Shown here: piece by piece, positions 27,583-36,933 of the stretch
Position numbering within the stretch: position 1 is the stretch's first letter
Layout of the letters: each line of letters begins with the position of its first letter
NCBI GenBank assembly: GCA_041650895.1
Contig: JBAZKF010000001.1
Span: 509,006-573,005, forward strand
Reading direction: 5' to 3'
DNA length: 64,000 bases
Origin: Patescibacteria group bacterium
GTDB taxonomy: Bacteria > Patescibacteriota > Patescibacteriia > 2-01-FULL-39-33
Position numbers and translations under genes: made by a program
The notes under the pieces: model-generated
What the model was told of the DNA's origin: nothing
Database searches by the model: none
The model's input: the letters and a program-made list of their open reading frames with translations, nothing else

Positions 27583-28515
27583 TCAAAATTCTTCTTTCAA
27601 GATTATTTCTACTATCGGATTGCATAACGATTTGATAAAAACGAAATCCGACCCGATCAGCAGTTTAATGGCCGCGGGACAGGAGTCTGTGGTGTAAAGA
27701 CGGTTAATCAATCCTTGTTCGTGAGCTTCAACCAGCCTGCTAACGGCTTGGGCATTAACAGCGGCGTGAGGCACGACCAGATTGATCGTTGCCGCTCCCT
27801 GGGATTCCAAAATCTTGGCACATTCAATCAAAGTGCCTCCAGTCCGAGTCAAATCATCAACAATCAATATATTCCGCCCTTGCACTTCGCCCTCTTTTAT
27901 GGTGACGATGCGCTTATCGTCTTGCCTAATCTTCTGGCAAGTGATTTGCCGAAAATTACCCAATGTCTTGCCGAAACGCTTTTGCGCCCCCTCGTCGGGA
28001 AATGCCACTGACCAATCATAAAAGTTTTTTGATAGATAGGGAATGGCTGATTGCAAGAAAATCAAAACATTATCGGAAAAATAAAATTCCTCGCGCAAAT
28101 CATGAATGTCAAAAATAAAAATCCGGGGTGTTCCGGCATTGCCCGGTATAGCGTCAAACATTCGAGCCAAACTCTTGGCCGTAACAATGTCGCCGGGGCT
28201 CATTTTCCGTTCCATGGTGCCGGTGGGGTAAAAAGGTAAAACCACGTTGAGTGACCTGGCGCCATAGCGCGGCAAAGCCCATAAAACGGAAAACTGGCGG
28301 AAAATTTCCAGCGGATTTTCCAAGGAAGCAAAAAACCAAACGTGTTTGTTTTTCACCGCTTCAGCGTCTATGGACGTATCGGGGAAACCATCGGGAAACT
28401 CACCCCACCTGATGGGAGAATACCCAACCGGATAATGCTCAAGGGCTTTTGCTACAGCACAAGCGAACCCTTCCATGATCGGACAACTCAAAATAACAAT
28501 ATTTTTAGTAGGCAT
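27583..28515 (-). CDS. prs: ribose-phosphate pyrophosphokinase (PRPP synthetase)
   Basis: NILIVDDLTRTGGTL PRPP-binding motif and an FSVLWALPRYGARSLNVVLPFYP N-domain. Confidence 0.7.
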   Translation of the reverse strand: MPTKNIVILSCPIMEGFACAVAKALEHYPVGYSPIRWGEFPDGFPDTSIDAEAVKNKHVWFFASLENPLEIFRQFSVLWALPRYGARSLNVVLPFYPTGTMERKMSPGDIVTAKSLARMFDAIPGNAGTPRIFIFDIHDLREEFYFSDNVLIFLQSAIPYLSKNFYDWSVAFPDEGAQKRFGKTLGNFRQITCQKIRQDDKRIVTIKEGEVQGRNILIVDDLTRTGGTLIECAKILESQGAATINLVVPHAAVNAQAVSRLVEAHEQGLINRLYTTDSCPAAIKLLIGSDFVFIKSLCNPIVEIILKEEF

Positions 28516-28680
28516 GGTTTCTATTCCTTTCTGGTTGCGTTGTTACTGCTCACATTAAGTTGTAATGTTCTCAGACTTTCTAAGAACAATCAATTTTTAA
28601 TTGCTCTAGTGAAAGGCAGAGGCGAAGCAAATCGCCTCTGCGTAAAATTAACTCAATCTAACTAATAGCGCCTATTGCCT

Positions 28681-29463
28681 TTAGAATAAAACCTCGGGGA
28701 AAATGGTATCGTCGTCTTCTGGCAGATAATACAAATTCGAACAAGCGCTGGATCGTCCTGCAACTAACTCCGCGCCCTTGATCTGATTTTCCTCTGGCAC
28801 ATACACTTGCGGGCGAATCAGCCAAATCGGCTTATGTTTGGCAAAAAAATTATTATAAAGCACCCGGCAACCGCGCAACTCATTACCCGCCCTTTTTCGC
28901 AAATGATACCAATACTGAAAAGCTTTGGTCTGCCAAATATGCAACGGCACCTGGCATTCGCCGCCAGTTCTTAAAGCGCCTCGGCCCAACATGCCCAAAG
29001 CCAACTCAATGGTCTTTTTCAAAGTATTCGCCGTAGGAATTTTATATTTTACCGCTTTCTCTAACAAATACTTCATGCGGGCGGCATTTTCAGGCGCGCC
29101 CAAAACAACTTTGCCCGATTTCATCCACTCGCCAAATTCCACGTTGGTGGTCAAGGCCGGCATATGTTTAAGCTCTCGCGGTATCCAGAACAGGATTACA
29201 TCGGCGCGATTGAGCCCCTCGTCTTCCCAATCGATTTGAGCCTGACGATTGACGTCTTTGCGGAAACCGCCGCCTTTCTTTTCCGGATCGTAAACCGTGC
29301 CGGAAAAACCTAATGACTCCAGAATGGCGAAAGCGCCGAATTTCCAAGACAACCCCTTCTCGTCTCGCGGGATTGGTCCGGCCAAAAACACCGACTTAAT
29401 CACCTGCTCAGGAAACGATTCTTGGCCGTGCACGATAGTAAAACCGTATTTTTCAGACATCAA
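28681..29463 (-). CDS. nucleoside 2-deoxyribosyltransferase-like (N-glycosidase fold) protein with extra C-terminal domain
   Basis: SVFLAGPI..., DWEDEGLNRADVILFWI and TTNVEFGEWM resemble the NDT/Rcl signatures (FLAGP...D..ADxVVA...GTAFExG). About 110 further residues are of unknown fold. Confidence 0.45.
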   Translation of the reverse strand: MMSEKYGFTIVHGQESFPEQVIKSVFLAGPIPRDEKGLSWKFGAFAILESLGFSGTVYDPEKKGGGFRKDVNRQAQIDWEDEGLNRADVILFWIPRELKHMPALTTNVEFGEWMKSGKVVLGAPENAARMKYLLEKAVKYKIPTANTLKKTIELALGMLGRGALRTGGECQVPLHIWQTKAFQYWYHLRKRAGNELRGCRVLYNNFFAKHKPIWLIRPQVYVPEENQIKGAELVAGRSSACSNLYYLPEDDDTIFPEVLF

Positions 29464-30024
29464 TTATTTCTCCTCTTCGGTCGATGGCGAAAACTGCTGA
29501 TACTGATTAGCCAGAGCCAGCAAATCACTGTCGGAATAGATTGTTCTAATGATTTTCTCCCACTCATTACGCGATTTGGGCAGACACCAAGGGCAGACAG
29601 AACGCCGCCAAACATAATAAGGAGTAATCTGCCCCGTAAACGGATCTTGGCGCGTGTAATGAATAACCTGGCAATTATGGATACGATCAAGCGGATCTCT
29701 GGAACCGTCCAATTCAACATATTGAAAAGGAGTAAGCCGTTCTAGACGAACTATAAAACACCACATCACTTCACCATGATTAACCACGACTACGTTACTC
29801 TCCGAACATTCGCGATGGAACGTCCCCAAAACCCGATCAGCTCGCATACAGGCATTAGCCATGGATTCTCCGCCAAGAGGCGACCAATAAAAACCATTGC
29901 CATTGCGATTAAGTAGAATCGGACCATACTTCTCACGCCGTTCATCATCAGGCAAAACACTTAATTCTCCCCATTCACGCTCGCGCAGATTATAGTCTAT
30001 TTTCCAATGGCCGTTTAAACCCAA
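29464..30024 (-). pseudogene. histidine-phosphatase (PGAM) family-like ORF lacking the N-terminal RHG region; possible remnant or non-ATG start
   Basis: SPLGGESMANACMRADRV and VVVVNHGEVMWCF match PGAM-family middle and C-terminal motifs. The ORF starts at TTG, and the in-frame upstream 150 nt has no ATG and no RHG motif. Confidence 0.3.
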
Positions 30025-30299
30025 TAAAGCAGCGGACTCGCCGGCGCCAAACTGGGAGCAGTCGGAGCCGAATACCTTAGCGGGAAAAAAGGTTGGGGAG
30101 AAAAAATTAACACTGAAAAATATATTATTGATCAGGAGGCAGAGGCTAATGATATTTTTGAAAGATTCAAAGAGTTAGAATCAGAAAAAACAAATTCATC
30201 GGCATAGGCATGATCTATTCCTCCTTATTGTTAGATTGATTTTAAAGTGCTGCTTCCTTCAAACCAAGACGCCTACTAAGTAAGCGGCTCAGGCAAAGG

Positions 30300-30332
30300 G
30301 CGGAACTGTCAAAATTTTTGACAGTTCCGCCG
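30300..30332. terminator. perfect 16-bp-stem palindrome 3' of pncB (no U-tract)
   Basis: ggcggaactgtcaaaa-t-ttttgacagttccgcc. Confidence 0.4.
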
Positions 30333-30362
30333 GTTAAAATTAAAAAGTGCTTTTACGACGAC

Positions 30363-31994
30363 CTACGACAATACCGGGATTGGCGCTTCCGAAGCCATCA
30401 GTAAGTGCATCTGCTGATAAACCCTTTCAGTCACCGCCACCTTGAAAGGCGTTGGATTTTCCGGCCGCAGATGGTCTTCGCGCATTTCCATTTCAAACTG
30501 CTGCCTGATATACGCTTGAACGGCCAAAACGCCTGGGGCAAGAGAATCAAAACGTCGGCCATTAAAAAACACGAGCTGATGCAATTCCTTACAAGTGGCC
30601 GGCTTAACTTTGCAACGAACCGTCTCATTGATCGGATCGCGGCAAAGAATCTCATTAGACGCGCGGATCGACTGGAGCACTTCATCATATTCTTCATCAG
30701 CCACCAAAAGATCTAAAATGGCTTTCCCGTCCGCGCCATACAAACGAATCGCTCGTTTGGCGCCGGGAATCGTCATCTTGTCGATATTCATTGACAGTTT
30801 AATGACCGGGCGATTGCCGATCTGCACCAGCTTATACACGCCGCCCAGAGCAGGACAATTTGCCAAGCGGGTACCGATGCCAAAATGGGTGATGTGATGC
30901 TTCTGTCTGCGAAAACTCCATAAAATGGCTTCGTCAATATCATTAGACACTACAATCGCCTGTTTGGTGAAGTCACAATGTGCGGCTGGCCGATATTTCT
31001 TAATAAGCTCATAACCGCCGTAAACAATATTGGACAGATATGCCAAGTCGCCGGAATCCAGACGAACACCCAACGGGGTGTAACCGCATTCAGCCAAAGC
31101 CAGGGCGACCGCCAGATAATTGGGCAAACCCGAAGTCTCCACGTTATACGTGTCAATTAAAGCCAAAAACCTATCGGGATTAGCCCAGGCGTAATCAATG
31201 AATGCCGCCAATTCTCCCTGATTGGTTTCGCTGGGAAAATAACCCTTTAAGCAATCCTGGCGATCTAGGGCAAGGACGGTAAAGTTATAAGTACGCTTTC
31301 CGTCCTTAGTGGTTAATATTCTTTGGCATTTCAAGTCTTCCGCTGAATAGCTGGTAACAAAGGAATGAGCGTGCGTTCCGCCGACCGGCAAATGATGAAG
31401 CAAACCAGCCAAAACATTGGAGGTGGAATCAAATCCGCCCATCACCGCATAATGCGAAGCGGAAATGGCGCCGTCCGGACCGGGGGCCCGGCGCAGAGCG
31501 AATTCCATCAATGTCGCCTCCCAACCGGCCGCATAACGCATGCGCGCCGCGTTCGTAATAATTTGTGTCGGATAATTCGTCGAGTTCAGAAGGGTCGTTT
31601 CAATCAATTGAGCCACGCAGACCGGTCCCGCCACACTCACTAACGGCTCTCGTGGAAACACCAAAGTCCCTTCTTCCGGCGCCCACACTTTGATTTTCAT
31701 CTTCAATGAATTGAACCAGTCAAAAAATTCCGGTTCATAGTGACTGCAAACGGGCAAACTCTTCAGATAACTGATTTCTTCCGGCGTCAAATAAAACTCG
31801 GACAAATAATCAAGAATGCGGCCCAAACCGGCAAATACGGCGTATTGGCCGCCAAATGGAGCGGTGCGGTAAAACAGATCAAACACCGCATACCGTTCTT
31901 CCCGGCTGGTTTTCCAATACGTGTAGAGCATGGAAATCTGATAAAAATCGGTCAAAAGCGGGGAAATTCTTAATGGCGATCCTTGTTCATTCAT
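30363..31994 (-). CDS. pncB: nicotinate phosphoribosyltransferase, long (eukaryote-like) form
   Basis: N-terminal LLTDFYQISM (the PncB TDxYQxTM motif), 543 aa. Confidence 0.75.
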   Translation of the reverse strand: MNEQGSPLRISPLLTDFYQISMLYTYWKTSREERYAVFDLFYRTAPFGGQYAVFAGLGRILDYLSEFYLTPEEISYLKSLPVCSHYEPEFFDWFNSLKMKIKVWAPEEGTLVFPREPLVSVAGPVCVAQLIETTLLNSTNYPTQIITNAARMRYAAGWEATLMEFALRRAPGPDGAISASHYAVMGGFDSTSNVLAGLLHHLPVGGTHAHSFVTSYSAEDLKCQRILTTKDGKRTYNFTVLALDRQDCLKGYFPSETNQGELAAFIDYAWANPDRFLALIDTYNVETSGLPNYLAVALALAECGYTPLGVRLDSGDLAYLSNIVYGGYELIKKYRPAAHCDFTKQAIVVSNDIDEAILWSFRRQKHHITHFGIGTRLANCPALGGVYKLVQIGNRPVIKLSMNIDKMTIPGAKRAIRLYGADGKAILDLLVADEEYDEVLQSIRASNEILCRDPINETVRCKVKPATCKELHQLVFFNGRRFDSLAPGVLAVQAYIRQQFEMEMREDHLRPENPTPFKVAVTERVYQQMHLLMASEAPIPVLS

Positions 31995-32665
31995 TACTCA
32001 TTCTCCTTTTCTGCTGTTAATTGCGGATAGATTTTCAGCATAAACCATTGCACCAAAGTAAAAGTTTTCAAGTCGGGATAAGGCATACAACTCAATTCCT
32101 TAATGGAGATCCAACGAACTTCCGTACTTTCCCCTTCCGCGTCTAAACCAAAACTCGTCCGGCTGTGATCAAATTCATCATCATTGAACTTACCATAACC
32201 CAAATGAAGGCGCTCGGTAATAATTCCCGGCGAGGTGAAAAGAGGAGTGCCGAAATTAATCAACTCAAAACGCCCGGCGACTGTCTCCAAGTCAACCAAT
32301 AAGCCCAACTCTTCCCGAGCTTCACGAGCCATTGCCCAGACCACCGTTTCGCCTTGATCAATGTGGCCGGCTGGAACCTCCAGTATGGGCGCAATATGAT
32401 TCGTGGCAAATATTGTTGCCGGACGATCTTGCATAACCATAGCTACGGCGCGCCGATCGCGATTGTAAACCAGAAACGCCACGGCGTCTTTCTTTTCCAC
32501 AACCTCCTGCTTTCTCCCGGTACCACGCCAGACCCTGATCCAACCATTATAAACCAAATCATAGGCCTCACTCAAAACGCTCTTCACTCCGCTTTGATCG
32601 CTGTTGCCATTGTCCATAATTTGTTCTCCTTCTTTTGTTCGGTTAATGTTTCTATTGCTAATCAA
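31994..32665 (-). CDS. NUDIX hydrolase
   Basis: Nudix box GHIDQGETVVWAMAREAREELGL (Gx5Ex7REUxEExGU). Overlaps nadD and pncB at their start and stop codons. Confidence 0.75.
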   Translation of the reverse strand: MISNRNINRTKEGEQIMDNGNSDQSGVKSVLSEAYDLVYNGWIRVWRGTGRKQEVVEKKDAVAFLVYNRDRRAVAMVMQDRPATIFATNHIAPILEVPAGHIDQGETVVWAMAREAREELGLLVDLETVAGRFELINFGTPLFTSPGIITERLHLGYGKFNDDEFDHSRTSFGLDAEGESTEVRWISIKELSCMPYPDLKTFTLVQWFMLKIYPQLTAEKENE

Positions 32666-33360
32666 ATTTGATAACCGTAAAGTCCGTTAATCTTGATATA
32701 CTTGGCGATGTTGGGAGGAACTGACTTCTCCCAATCACAACAATTCCCGGCAATTGAAGCGCGAATTTGCGACGAAGAAATATCTATTCCCGTATTCAAT
32801 GAAGCTATTTTAAATTGCCAAGGCAGTGGCAAGTCGCCTAATTCATAACCGGGCCGGGGATAAACCAGCCAATGCCATCTCTGGCAGGCAAACAGCCATT
32901 CGCCTCGCTTCCAACGCGCTTGAATCTCATTCAAACCGCCGAACTCCGGACGCGGTATTACCGAGTCTGAGCCGGTCAGCCAAGTCAGCTTAGCTTGCGG
33001 ATATTTTCTTACCAAAAGTTCCAGCCAATCTATAGTCGCCGTATTACGGCCGAAGATATCATCATACCAGACTTGAAAATTAATCGGACTGCTTGACATT
33101 TGACGAAAATCATTAACCATCATCTCGGTCATGGCAATCCTGTGATTAATACAATCGGAACAGAACCCTGCCGAGCTGTCGGCGCACTTTGTGCAAACCG
33201 CCAAATGCTTATCCGGCCGTTCACCGCAAGGAATCCAAATCATCAAGTCATAATCAGCTTTTCTTTCACCTCGCAAGACATCAGCCAAAATAGCCTGATG
33301 CCCGTAGTGGGGCGGATTAGCAGAACTGCCACCGATAATTATGCTTTTGGGATTTAGCAT
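32662..33360 (-). CDS. nadD: nicotinate/nicotinamide mononucleotide adenylyltransferase with Cys4 insertion
   Basis: GGSSANPPHYGHQ matches the (H/T)xGH cytidylyltransferase motif of NadD/NadM. Insert: CGERPDKHLAVCTKCADSSAGFCSDC. Confidence 0.75.
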   Translation of the reverse strand: MLNPKSIIIGGSSANPPHYGHQAILADVLRGERKADYDLMIWIPCGERPDKHLAVCTKCADSSAGFCSDCINHRIAMTEMMVNDFRQMSSSPINFQVWYDDIFGRNTATIDWLELLVRKYPQAKLTWLTGSDSVIPRPEFGGLNEIQARWKRGEWLFACQRWHWLVYPRPGYELGDLPLPWQFKIASLNTGIDISSSQIRASIAGNCCDWEKSVPPNIAKYIKINGLYGYQI

Positions 33361-33619
33361 CGCTATCTCCTTCTTTAGCCCGTCAAGACCTTACGTAGAC
33401 GGGTTGTTTCTAAGATTTAAAGTGCCAGTCTCCGACTATTACGAGTCAGAAACGAAAAACAGCGTTCATCTTAATCATCTTAATCAACGCTAATTTTCAA
33501 ATTTATCTAATTTTAGACAAAAAACTAATCATAAAGGCAATCACGAACATTACGGTTAATATCATCAATAGATAACTGCCTAATTTATCACAAATTAAGC
33601 CAAAAGTCAAGTTTTAAGC

Positions 33620-33650
33620 AAAAACTAAAAAGGCCCAAAATTGGGGCCTC
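33620..33650 (-). terminator. terminator for DHH-like gene
   Basis: aggccc-caaaatt-gggcct hairpin. On the minus strand it is followed by ttttagttttt. Confidence 0.45.
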
Positions 33651-33705
33651 AATGAGTCTGAAAAACTACGATATTTACTAGCCGGACTACCTCCCGCATC
33701 AATGA

Positions 33706-34845
33706 CTAAACCAGCTGTTTTTTAACTTCCTCTATTACACTTCTTTCCGCTTCGGCCAGGGTTGTGCCGGTTAAAACGAACTTAGCCACATCCTTATTGC
33801 CGGACGGGTTGAATTTACGCGCCAGAAAGATCGCATCATGATTTTTGATCGCATACACCAACGCTTGCACCACCGGGACTTCACCTCGCTTATCCTCATA
33901 CATCAACACTACGGCCTCGGTACGCGGCATAGAAACAATTAATTCGTCAATCACGTCAGACAACTCTTCGGGATTAGTGGCGGTCTCCAAAAAATCCTGC
34001 GTAGACAAAACCGACCAAACAATCCGATCATCCAAATCATTATTCAATCGCGACAAGACGCGCCCCCACAACTTTAAAGTGGACAAAAATCTGCTTTGAT
34101 ATAAATTCTGCACAATCTGATCGCGACGCGCGCCCTTGGCAATAAGCTCACCGGCCAAAGTCAAGGTCTTAGGCGTTACCTCCGCCGTCTTAAAATTCTT
34201 AGTCGCCATAATAATGCCGGAAAGAATGTAAGTCGCCAAATTATCATCAATCAGCGTCGCATCATAACCATTAACCAAATCATAAATTATTTCTGAGCTG
34301 GAAGCGGCGGCAATATTGACTAAATTAATGTTGCCGTAATATTCATTGCTGGTGGCATGATCAATATTGATCTTGGGCACGGAATAAAAAAAATCGGTAT
34401 TCTTCAAGTACAACTCACCCAGCGACTCCAAATCCGGCGTATTAATCAAAAAAATCAAGTCATATTTATAACCGGAAACCGAAGAAGCGATGTTTTCCGG
34501 AGTCAGTTGGCCTTCCTGCGGCGTAATATAAAAATTCAACCGGCCTTCTTTATGATCGTACTGAAACTCCGCCAGACCGGTAGAAGTCAAGTCCACTGAG
34601 ACGATAAACTTTTGCAGATTACTCAAACTCTTCTTGACCTCGCCGGCCGGCAAGTGCGCCAAGTTAGCCGATTGCTTGAAATCATGGCAGACAATATCCG
34701 CTTTCTGACCCAGCTTGCGTAAAAAATCAGCCAAAGCCAAAGCGCCGGACAAAGCGTCTCCGGTCCAATCCTTCCTGAATACGATTAGTGTCTGCCGAGA
34801 CTTTTTGACAAGCTCAAAAACCTGCTGTTGTTCATTTAGGGCCAT
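33706..34845 (-). CDS. DHH/DHHA1-family phosphoesterase-like protein (NrnA-like, degenerate DHH)
   Basis: N-terminal DWTGDALSGALALADFL resembles the NrnA HxxPDGDAxGS motif. A NIDHATSN segment sits where the DHH motif would be. Confidence 0.4.
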   Translation of the reverse strand: MALNEQQQVFELVKKSRQTLIVFRKDWTGDALSGALALADFLRKLGQKADIVCHDFKQSANLAHLPAGEVKKSLSNLQKFIVSVDLTSTGLAEFQYDHKEGRLNFYITPQEGQLTPENIASSVSGYKYDLIFLINTPDLESLGELYLKNTDFFYSVPKINIDHATSNEYYGNINLVNIAAASSSEIIYDLVNGYDATLIDDNLATYILSGIIMATKNFKTAEVTPKTLTLAGELIAKGARRDQIVQNLYQSRFLSTLKLWGRVLSRLNNDLDDRIVWSVLSTQDFLETATNPEELSDVIDELIVSMPRTEAVVLMYEDKRGEVPVVQALVYAIKNHDAIFLARKFNPSGNKDVAKFVLTGTTLAEAERSVIEEVKKQLV

Positions 34846-34992
34846 TTTCTGCTGTCTAACGTTTAAGTCGCATTAATCTCGTGTCAATTGCACAATACTT
34901 CATTGTAGACAAATTACCGGCCATTGTCAATAGACGCATATTAAAAAATAAAACCCTTGATTCGGTCAAGGGTGGTTATTTTTAGTTATCGC

Positions 34993-36033
34993 TTATTCAA
35001 TCATCATCCCGTCGCCGAAAGAAAAAAATTTATACTTCTTTCTAATCGCTTCATGATAGGCGGACAGAATCTTCTCTCGGCCGGCAAAGGCGGAAACTAA
35101 AACCAATAAGGTTGATTTGGGCAAATGAAAATTGGTAATCATGGCGTCTGTAAACTTGAACTTGTAACCGGGATAAATAAAAATATCAGTTAGGCGGTTG
35201 CCGGCACGCAACTGGCCGGAGGAATTAACCGAGGATTCCAGAGTCCTAACCGCGGTCGTACCTACGGCAATGATTCTGCGACCATCGGCCTTAGCCCGAT
35301 TTAATCGTTTGGCCGTAATGGCGTCAATCTCCGCCCACTCCGTATGCATTTTATGTTCCAATAGATTATCAACCTTGACTGGTGCAAAAGTCCCAAGCCC
35401 CACGTGCAAAGTCACATACTCGATTCCCACGCCGCGCTTTTTCAATTGCCCTAGAAGCTTTTTAGTAAAATGCAGACCGGCGGTCGGCGCAGCCACCGAC
35501 CCCGCTTCTTTAGCATAGACCGTCTGATAATCCTCTAACTTAGCAACTGTCTTGATATAAGGTGGCAAGGGCGTTTCACCCAAAGCGAACAGTTGCTGGT
35601 CATTGGCATTGAATTCCATCAGCCAAGTCTGATCGCTATCCTTCTTTGTTGCCAAAGCTGAAATATCTTCAGTCAGGACAATTTTCTGCCCCGGTTTAAC
35701 TTTACCTCCCACCAAACACTGCCAAATATTTTTTTGTTTGTTAACTCCTCTTATTCTTTTCAATAAGAATATCTCCACCCGACCACCCGTATCTTTTGTA
35801 CCACGCAGACGCGCCGGAATAACCTTGGAATCATTAAAAACCAAAACATCATCGGGCCGAAGCAAACTGGGCAAATCAAAAAAGTGCCGATGCTTGATCT
35901 GGCCCGTGATTTTATCCAAAATCAAAAGCCGCGCGGCATCACGCGGTTTTATGGGTTTCTGGCCGATTAATTGCCGAGGTAAACGGAAATCAAATTTATT
36001 CAGTGGTATTGTGGCTGTTTTTGGCGGTTTCAT
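34993..36033 (-). CDS. queA: S-adenosylmethionine:tRNA ribosyltransferase-isomerase
   Basis: Full-length QueA-like sequence (LPRQLIGQKPIKPRDAARLLIL..., VFNDSKVIPARL, GTTAVRTLES). Confidence 0.9.
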   Translation of the reverse strand: MKPPKTATIPLNKFDFRLPRQLIGQKPIKPRDAARLLILDKITGQIKHRHFFDLPSLLRPDDVLVFNDSKVIPARLRGTKDTGGRVEIFLLKRIRGVNKQKNIWQCLVGGKVKPGQKIVLTEDISALATKKDSDQTWLMEFNANDQQLFALGETPLPPYIKTVAKLEDYQTVYAKEAGSVAAPTAGLHFTKKLLGQLKKRGVGIEYVTLHVGLGTFAPVKVDNLLEHKMHTEWAEIDAITAKRLNRAKADGRRIIAVGTTAVRTLESSVNSSGQLRAGNRLTDIFIYPGYKFKFTDAMITNFHLPKSTLLVLVSAFAGREKILSAYHEAIRKKYKFFSFGDGMMIE

Positions 36034-36541
36034 CTAAACGTTGAATTAAACGGGAAATTTTGATCGGGTTGTTAATGCTCACCAAAACAAAACCGGGATC
36101 CTCGCCGGCCGTTTCCACTTTAACATCGCCGTAATTAAAGATGGTCTTAAGCAACCCTTTTTGATTAACGGAAACGTTCTGGATGCGGTAAAGCTCAATG
36201 TCCGAAACAGTGCGATTAAACAAACCTTTTTGCGTCCGCAAAATCAACCGTTCGTTAGTCAGGGTATCCACGTCCAAATAGTTATCCATCCACACTGTCA
36301 GCATGAATACCATGATTAAAAGGTAATAAGCGAACATTAAAGCCAAAAGCACAGGCATGATTACCAAGTTATCAAAAACTCCTGGAGTAACAAAATTAAT
36401 GAAAGCATAAATTACCGGCGGGATGACGAACAGTATTAAATAGGACAAAAGTATACCGATAAAAACAATCGGATGTGGCCAGAGATGAGCCAACACCAAT
36501 TCATTTTGACGTTTATTGGGAACAGCGTTTAAATTTATCAT
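35996..36541 (-). CDS. membrane protein with bacterial PH (YdbS/YdbT-like) domain
   Basis: Two TM helices followed by ERLILRTQKGLFNRTVSDIELYRIQNVSVNQKGLLKTIFNYGDVKVETAG. Overlaps the queA start. Confidence 0.6.
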   Translation of the reverse strand: MINLNAVPNKRQNELVLAHLWPHPIVFIGILLSYLILFVIPPVIYAFINFVTPGVFDNLVIMPVLLALMFAYYLLIMVFMLTVWMDNYLDVDTLTNERLILRTQKGLFNRTVSDIELYRIQNVSVNQKGLLKTIFNYGDVKVETAGEDPGFVLVSINNPIKISRLIQRLDETAKNSHNTTE

Positions 36542-36625
36542 ACTTTCTTTATTGTAGTTTTATTGTGATGTTCCAAGCGATCCGTCGCTTTTGATTAATA
36601 AGCGACCAAAACAGCAGGGAGTCAG

Positions 36626-36916
36626 TTATTTGACTTTAATGGAGCCGAAAATATCAGTCAGGCCGGCAAGCCAACTGGCATCAAACAGGGAACGGCTCCA
36701 ATCCAGAGTGGCTAAAGTGGTCAACGAGAACCAAACCAGCCAAACAGCAACCACGGCATAAACAACCATAACAACGATGTTAAGGGAAGAAAAAAATCCG
36801 AATCTGATCAAGTGGTAATAGTTAATCAGGGTGTATAAGATAAAAATCGCCACTACGATCAAGTAGAGCCAATAAAAAACTCCGATGGTTAAAGAAAAAT
36901 CTAATTGTGAAAACAT
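36626..36916 (-). CDS. small membrane protein, hypothetical
   Basis: 96 aa with three hydrophobic helices, starting 17 nt after the ruvB stop. Confidence 0.4.
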   Translation of the reverse strand: MFSQLDFSLTIGVFYWLYLIVVAIFILYTLINYYHLIRFGFFSSLNIVVMVVYAVVAVWLVWFSLTTLATLDWSRSLFDASWLAGLTDIFGSIKVK

Positions 36917-36933
36917 AAAATCTTTATTTCTTT

